A stretch of DNA of 63,911 nt, the filler included, from Collodictyon triciliatum (lineage: Eukaryota), in NCBI GenBank assembly GCA_043381765.1. It is 22 parts of 22 records of this genome, joined end to end, with 100 filler letters (N's around TTAATTAATTAA, not from the genome) between each part and the next. Parts side by side here need not be neighbours in the genome. Positions count along the whole stretch, not along the records: positions 56,150 to 59,003 come from JBHJMP010008193.1; positions 59,104 to 61,953 come from JBHJMP010008194.1; positions 62,054 to 63,911 come from JBHJMP010008363.1; 19 more parts are not named here. The stretch is one strand, 5' to 3'. The notes under the pieces are model-generated. The model did not search any database and was not told the DNA's origin. It saw only the letters and a list, made by a program, of their open reading frames with translations. The position numbers and the translations under genes are program-made. How positions within the stretch are numbered: position 1 is the stretch's first letter; every line of letters begins with the position of its first letter. Positions 56,400 through 63,911 of this stretch are shown one piece after another.

Positions 56400-58250
56400 A
56401 TCTTTATAGAAAAATCAACCGTGCTTATGGAGACATCTTCGCTTGTGTAGTATCCATCAATGAGTTTTAGTATCACAGAATTAGTCGGACAGGAGAGTAG
56501 AAAGGATATCTAAGATTCAACCGGGTTTATAAGTTGACTTGGAAACTTCTATTCGACTACCATAAACAACTGATATAATAATAAAAATCCAACATACAGA
56601 TATGTATGTGAAAATGTTAAGTGATGAGTCAAGTTTACGTGAGATGCAATAAATGTAACATCAATGAGGTCGACTGTTTTTTCGAATATCAATCCCCCTT
56701 CATCATTAGATCGATATATCTTTAGAACAATCTCTGTATATGAAATTAAGGCACTGGATTAAATTATGTGGTGAAAATATTCAAAATATTGCAAGTCTAA
56801 TTATGAGCAGCGTGATTATATTATTATTATTTTTGTAAAAGTTAATATTTCAAAGCAAGTCGGGTAAAATGTTCTTTGAATCGAATAAAGGAAAAAAAAA
56901 GTCGGGTAAAATGTTCAAACTGCTGCATTTTGGTGGAATTTCGACGAGAAAATCTTGCTGATAATTAAAAGCCTTCCACGATGGATTCTAAAAAGGGAGA
57001 TGAAGGCGCTCAAGCTAGGCACGAAACTCTCAGATATATTTTTTGTTTTCATTCTTTTGTCACTAATTAAATATGACTTCGGAGTATAAATCGAATTGTT
57101 TGATAAATTAAAATTGAAAAATAACCAGCGTATTGCGAACAACTTCACTCTTGTAGACAACAGGACCTTTTTCATCCTCTAAAAACATATTTAATTGAGA
57201 AAAATGGCGGCATTCGTTTCTTCTGAAAAATTATTCAACATAAAATTAGCCAATACGATAAATTTTAGAAAGAAAAGTTCATAATAACTTAATAAATATG
57301 TTTGTATATTTAGCAGTGATATATTTAATAGATTTGTTTTTGAAAAATTAATATTGAGGCTAAATTAAATGAAACTTCTACAAGTGTCAGTAGTATATAA
57401 TCCCTCATGTACCTGCGTGAAGGGTGAAATATATTGGTATTGCCATGCTTTCGATATGAAGATTCCGAATGCAAATCCCTTGTAAATGCCGCAGTCTCCT
57501 CTAAATATTTAATAATGTTCCATTAGATGCTCATATCAGCATTCAATATATTCATTTGAGGAATAGTTGTTTTTATCCATGCCGCGATATGTAGTCACTA
57601 TAGCTTCTTTTTTTTTTTTTAAGATGAAATCAAGCTGATTTGAAGGAACTGATGAACAGAACAAGTCCATCAAATGAGTTGATTATAAATGGTAGGTTTA
57701 TGAAAAGCTCACTTGGAAAGGAGGAAGAAGCCGACCCCGATGCTGCATCATGACAAATATATTGTATGTGTCCAGCGATCGAACACCCCTTCGCAGTATC
57801 ATTTTTTGTTTGTTTCATAAACCAAGCAAACGACGTTAATATCCCTTGTGGGTACATCAAAATGGAATATGTACGCAAAGACTCGAGGATCATAGAATAA
57901 AGCACTCGTAGGTCACTCTTAAAAGAAAAATAATCTGCCAGGCGCCGCATTTAAAATAGGTTATACATGGACATAGGAGACGGACTATTATTTACACTCG
58001 TAACTATAAATGTAAATAATAATTCTAAATTGCCCAACAGAGTGGGAAGTGAGGGGAGCAAACACTGTCAGGTTCTGTTGCATAACAGAGCGGCCAGTAG
58101 AGGAAGGAAACCCCGCCTCGGCATTGGGCTCGTCCGTAGTCTTTTCTTCTGTATTTTTCGCCTCGCGTCGTTGCCTTTGTCGATCGACCTTCGCAACTCT
58201 TTGGGATCGTCTTCCAATCAGTGGAGAATCCAGCTTACGAGAAAAATATC
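56400..58250 (-). CDS. Probable multi-exon hypothetical gene
   Basis: Alternating GC-richer blocks and AT-rich gaps with minus-strand splice-like junctions; no family recognised. Confidence 0.3.
56875..56898 (+). mobile_element. 24-nt retroelement 3' tip with 18-bp TSD
   Basis: TSD AAGTCGGGTAAAATGTTC at 56857-56874 and 56899-56916 around TTTGAATCGAATAAAGGAAAAAAA. Confidence 0.92.
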
Positions 58251-60429
58251 ACAGATCAAAACAAGGAGGGATATTAATTTACAAATGCGGAAATTATGAA
58301 TAAATGGATTTGATCAATGCCCTTTTCCTCTTGGAACTTAATAAGTGCATTATAATAGATAATTAATAATTTCATATATATATGTTTTAGAATGCCATTC
58401 TATTCCAAGAAATTCGCAATCCCTTGCAAAAAAATGCAGCTTTTATCCATTTTAGGAAATTAATTCCCGTTTGTAGTCCTTCTCTAAATCTTTTTGTGGA
58501 AATTTCTTTTTGAGGTTTGTCGGCAATAAACGGACTGCCGCTCGCAGAAAAGCGCGGGTGATGATTTGATCGGTTTGTGCTCAGAGTTTGATGAATAAGC
58601 CAGGCAAATAAAGAGAAAAAAACAAAACAAAAAACCGAATAAATGACAAAGAAAAATAAAAAAATAAAATAAAAGAAACAAAGAGAAAGCCCCCTAAGCT
58701 CACTCGCATTTACCGAAGAGCAACACAGAAAGCCGAGGAAGGTAGCATAAGAAGCCTTACTTTCCCCCAGTCGATTTGGTCTAAGCTATCCTCCACCGCT
58801 TTTCATGGATTCACGGGTTTGTTCTCATATTTTTTTTTTGATTCCAGCATATGGCTTAAAGTTTTCTATGTTATGTTATGTTATGTTATGTTTATGTTAT
58901 GTTTATGTTATGTTTATGTTATGTTTATGTTATGTTTATGTTATGTTTATGTTATGTTTATGTTATGTTTATGTTATGTTTATGTTATGTTTATGTTATG
59001 TTTNNNNNNNNNNNNNNNNNNNNNNNNNNNNNNNNNNNNNNNNNNNNTTAATTAATTAANNNNNNNNNNNNNNNNNNNNNNNNNNNNNNNNNNNNNNNNN
59101 NNNTTGTTTGTTTGTTTGTTTGTTTGTTTGTTTGTTTGTTTGTTTGTTTGTTTGTTTGTTTGTTTGTTTGTTTGTTTGTTTGTTTGTTTGTTTGTTTGTT
59201 GCGGCGAGTGCGGTTCCAAATGTTAATATTATATGAAGGAGTGGCCGACCGTGTACCAATTAACACATATATATATGTCTGCGATAGTTGTGGTTTTGCC
59301 GGGTTTATGAATCACCATATCTGGAATATACGTGCTCAGTCATGGAACACATCTGCTTGTGGAATCTTTGGAAAGGGAATACGGCTGCGTGGTTGTCTGC
59401 GCTTTTTGCTTCTCTTACTGTGCTGTCATTTCTTGATTTGATCATTTATTCTCGCTCTTATCTATTTGACTCTATACTTAATCTTTTCTGTCTTTTCTGT
59501 TTTTTTTCTGTTTTCTGTTTTCTGTCTTTTCTATTGCTTTTTTTCTGTTTTTTTCTGTTTTTTTCTGTTTTTTTCTTTTTTTCTTTTTTTTCTTTTTTTC
59601 TTTTTTTTCTTTTTTGTTGCTTTTTTTCTTATAGTGTCCGATTTTTTATCCTCCCATCAACATTATTTTAAGCGGGCTTTTATTCACCTGTGGGCTTTAT
59701 TGCTTTAGGTTCGGTGAACCTTATTTTGATGGGTTGGGTTATCTCTCTTTTCCAAGAAGCAGGGAGAGCTTAGGCATGCGAGGCTGTGTCTGGGTTGGTC
59801 GGCGACATATCATGTGTTTGGAGAATGCATTAGTACATAGAGCATGCGTGGGATGGAATGTTTTATTATCCTTATTCTTTAAATTGGAACAAAATATTTC
59901 ATCCATGAAGTAAAGAGGAAAAGTGTCTAAGTCATTTTACGCTCCGATACCTCTCAGAATTTGGTTGAAAATCCCTAAGTCTTGCGGTGAGGGCTAAATA
60001 GTGTTGATTTTAGTTTTTTTTTGTTTTTTGTTTTTTGTTTTTTGTTTTTTGTTTTTTGTTTTTTGTTTTTTGTTTTTTGTTTTTTGTTTTTTGTTTTTTG
60101 TTTTTTGTTTTTTTGTTTTTTTGTTTGTTTTGTGCCAAGACGGATGTAAGATAGATTTATGATCGTTTTGTTTACATGCGAGTTCAGTTGGGTATTATAA
60201 AATACTAAAGTAGTTAAGTGATGGTAGATGTATTTGAAGCGTGTTGCATGTTTAAAAGTATGCTATTTTGTAGAATTCACTATGACTTTTTTTTGATATT
60301 TTTTAACAAGTAAATACAGTAAAGGAGAAATAAGATTCGATGTGAATGAATTTTTTACAACACGAGGAAAGTGATCAAAATAATAGTTATAATTATGATT
60401 ATTATAAAGTATCTGCATTCAAAGTGAGA

Positions 60430-61483
60430 TTACCACTCCATGTAGGTCTTTCAAAATAAAGACGAGCGCTGATGTCTCAAGCAACATGTGTCTCGCTGCG
60501 ATATCTTCTTGAACTACTGTTGTGGTGATAACCTGTCTCCACAACCGAAGGAACAAGAATAAGAATGAAAAAATCTATAAACGAAAGATATAAAGCTATC
60601 ATATCAGCATCACTTTCTTACGTTTGCCCCAACATTTGATGAACCCTTTCTGACGGCATTCGATAAGCTGGCCTCCGCATTAAAGTAGGAAACAGACTTC
60701 TCCAGAGTCACTGAGTGGGCCTGAACGAAGTAGAGAAAATTGCTCGTTGAGACATCTTGCTTTGATTAAACAAACAAATTGTAAAGTGAAAAAATTAAAA
60801 AAAAAATATGGAACAAAAAGTATGGTGGAAGAGTATGAGTAAATAGCATTCAAGGCGTACTGGGAGCAACATCGTGAATAGTACTTAGTTTACGACGAGT
60901 GTTATACAGGCGTATGAAACATGAAGTGTGCTACTTTGTAAACTTACAGATGCCTGTTCAATTAGTGTGTTCCAGATACTTTCGTTGTAAGGGTGGGTCA
61001 TATCAGGAAAACGGGTTCCCCATCTATATTTATGGTTATTAGAGAATAGAAAATAGAATAATTAGGTGTTTTTTTCCCCTTTATTCCATTTAGAAGAATT
61101 AACCGGTTAGCAAACTGCATTCTGTAATGTTTACCATCAAAAAGATATGACAACTACTCCTACTACTACTTCAAAATTATAAATTTCAATATAATTAATA
61201 TAGAGTTATTACTCATCGACATTGTGTCCACAAAGTGCATGGAATCCAGAAAAGTTGATATGATCGACCAAATATCCAAACTTTGAGTTCTCTAAGATAA
61301 TTTAATGGCGTGATTGTACTTGCAATTATATGAATCTCTTGACTGGAAGAGAAATGAAAGCCCTTATTTTTTTGTAGCAAGTGTATGGAAAGCGTACAAA
61401 ATAAACTTCAAATACCTTGTTTGTCAGCACTGACTGCCTTTGTAGCAAACAAAACTTTACCAATCCCAACGTGACGGAGCATC
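60430..61483 (-). CDS. Probable multi-exon hypothetical gene
   Basis: Short exon-like blocks (MLRHVGIGKVLFATKAVSADKQ; ELKVWIFGRSYQLFWIPCTLWTQC; MGTRFPDMTHPYNESIWNTLIEQAS) with GT-AG borders; no family recognised. Confidence 0.35.
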
Positions 61484-63911
61484 TTTCGTTTTGTTAAATA
61501 GATAAGTTATGCTGTGTTTGCCGTTTTAAACCAGCTGGCAACACCCCAACAAACCAATTCAAGTGACGTAAAAAATTAGTCATAAAAGCACTGTGTGAGT
61601 ATGAAGGGCTTGAAACTCAAATTTTCAATGGCATTTAGACTTCTCACCCGAACAGGGAATGCGACATCGGACACAGAGCTTCCTCGTGATAAAGCAGAAA
61701 GGCTCTCAACCCACAGAATGGCGATACCATCTTTTTCGGTCAAATGGAATGCGCCTTCACAAGACATTCCTTTGATGTCAGAGAATCGAATTGTTCGGAC
61801 ATTTGTTGGCTATGGCAAAGTCAAATAGTTTTTTGAAAGGAAAATAAATGTATGTATGTATGTATGTATGTATGTATGTATGTATGTATGTATGTATGTA
61901 TGTATGTATGTATGTATGTATGTATGTATGTATGTATGTATGTATGTATGTATNNNNNNNNNNNNNNNNNNNNNNNNNNNNNNNNNNNNNNNNNNNNTTA
62001 ATTAATTAANNNNNNNNNNNNNNNNNNNNNNNNNNNNNNNNNNNNNNNNNNNNCAAAAACAAAAACAAAAACAAAAACAAAAACAAAAACAAAAACAAAA
62101 ACAAAAACAAAAACAAAAACAAAAAATAATAACAAAANNNNNNNNNNNNNNNNNNNNNNNNNNAAACAAAAAAGAATAAATAAATCAGTTACATGAGCTT
62201 CAGTAGACACCTCACACATGCATTTATATTCATTTGGATAAAACACTTCGCGCTCCTTACCACACACCAACAAAAAGGCAGCCAGAGCGAGGCAACGATT
62301 TATGTGGGCGAGGATGAGCTGTTGTCGAGTACGCATTCCCAGCCGAGTCGGGGGAGGGGTGGTGGTATCACAGGCAGCGAACTGAGGCAAGGATGTTTCG
62401 AGCAGATAGTTGTTCTTGAGTAATAAGCATAATGTAATAATGGAATATGCATAGAATAAGATACTCCTTTCGTGGTAAACGTGGCCATCAGCTCGGCAAG
62501 GACTCCTATCCGTTTCATAATAGATAGACACAGATAGCAAATTAGACTAATTGCAAAATTAAAATTAATCTTTCACACACGTTTTTTTTTTAATAGAATA
62601 GAAAGGATAAGTTCTGAAGTCTGCAGGCATGGACATCACTGGTATATTAAGCTTTGATTGGTTATGAAAAGGAAAATATAATTGCACCGAAGAAACACAA
62701 CTGCATTTTTTTACTTCATTGACATATTGATTTCTTTGAATAAAATATAAATCGTATAATACTACATGAAAATTGCAATTCATACAAATATATACAATAT
62801 AGTTTTGTGATAACATACCTGCTCCGTCGCGTTCAATTTATCACATTGAATATATTGAAATGATTTTTTATTATTATTTTTTATGAAATTTTAGGACAAC
62901 AAAGAGACTTACTGTTTCTCACACAACAACTCATCTCCACACCCCACAAATCGTTTCTTAGACCATCTCTTCATATCATCGGAAAAACTAGGAGCCGTCC
63001 ATCCAACCACCCCTCCCCCCTCGGCAGTAGCAGCAGATCGGACAGTTCCCTTTCCTTGGTTGTTTTGTCTCGTGTCCTTTACCATGACCTTCGCAGGATT
63101 CAGAGCGTGAGATAAATTTAGTGAAAATCAGGTACAAAGGATGATTTCTATATATTTTTGTTTGACATGGAGTGATTCAAAATATGACTAAACAAAGGCT
63201 ATAAGAATAAAAACTCCTCAAAAAACAATCATATATCATCATTCTTAGTGACTAATATTTTGATATTAAATCATCGGTTTTCTCTCATCAGCTGGATTGT
63301 TCTTATAAAATCTAGTATGACTATCGTTATTCATTCATACGTTACTTCTGATTCGTCATTAAACAAGCTCATTGGAAATCAAGGTATATGAAACATATAT
63401 TTCGAGATTATTATGATACTGATATATAAACACCTCTTTTTGCTTAAATATTTTTCGATTGAATCAAATTTAAAAAAAATAAACAATTAAAAATGCGCTA
63501 GTTGAGCTATTCTAATATTAGCCACATTAACGATGGAGCACGAAACGGACATAAATTTATAAATCTTTTATTTTAATCACGTAAAAGAAAATGACGTAAA
63601 ATAAAAGCATTTGTTTAATATAATCTTTCATTTCAGGCAACGTAATAAACCGTGAGCCGCGAAACATAATAAGCAAGCAACTTCGTCTACTTTCGGCCAA
63701 ATTAAGAATTCAAAGGCCTTCAACTGGTTCCTGCATGGTATAAACGAATGATTATCTTTCTCATCAATGTGGGCATAATCATGAATACAATCATTCCATA
63801 CATCAATATTATGTTATTCTGAATGAAAGCAATTCGGTTGCGCTGTGGCTACAGGTGTTAACGGTTATTAGAATTGGATAAGAATAGACTGAAGGGACAA
63901 TCAAAGTCGAC

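Noticed and set aside
62345-63030. Inverted CCACCCCTCCCCC..TCGGC match (62345-62370 vs ~63005-63027) as TIRs, and an LDHLFIS APE-like peptide near 62960
   Set aside because: The match is short and low-complexity, with no TSD and no continuous frame; likely chance or an unresolvable relic.

Overview
This window is not a contiguous locus. It is 22 unrelated contigs (21 of ~2.85 kb plus a truncated last one), roughly length-sorted and joined by an artificial 100-nt N44-TTAATTAATTAA-N44 spacer. The source is an AT-rich, intron-rich, microsatellite-rich eukaryote; CEP43/FOP-like and ARMC2-like genes suggest a centriole/flagellum-bearing protist. Most contigs hold partial spliced genes: kinesin-7, DEAD-box helicase, TAF3-like, CAMKK-like kinase, LIN54/TSO1-like, NDK, TBC proteins, LRR and coiled-coil proteins. 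The main points of interest are: (1) a decayed Fanzor1-type (eukaryotic TnpB) RNA-guided nuclease gene followed by four contiguous hairpins that look like its omegaRNA, with a TSD-flanked retro-insertion next to its RuvC-I motif; (2) a dispersed family of ultra-short (24-33 nt) A-tailed insertions with perfect 17-18 bp target-site duplications that are the 3' tip of that same retroelement; (3) a signal-peptide protein with seven near-identical WD40 repeats, variable at HET-E-like positions, on a Cys-rich stalk; (4) CH-DUF4062 and multi-TM/TKL kinase fusions. All family calls come from motif recognition by eye, and no database searches were run.
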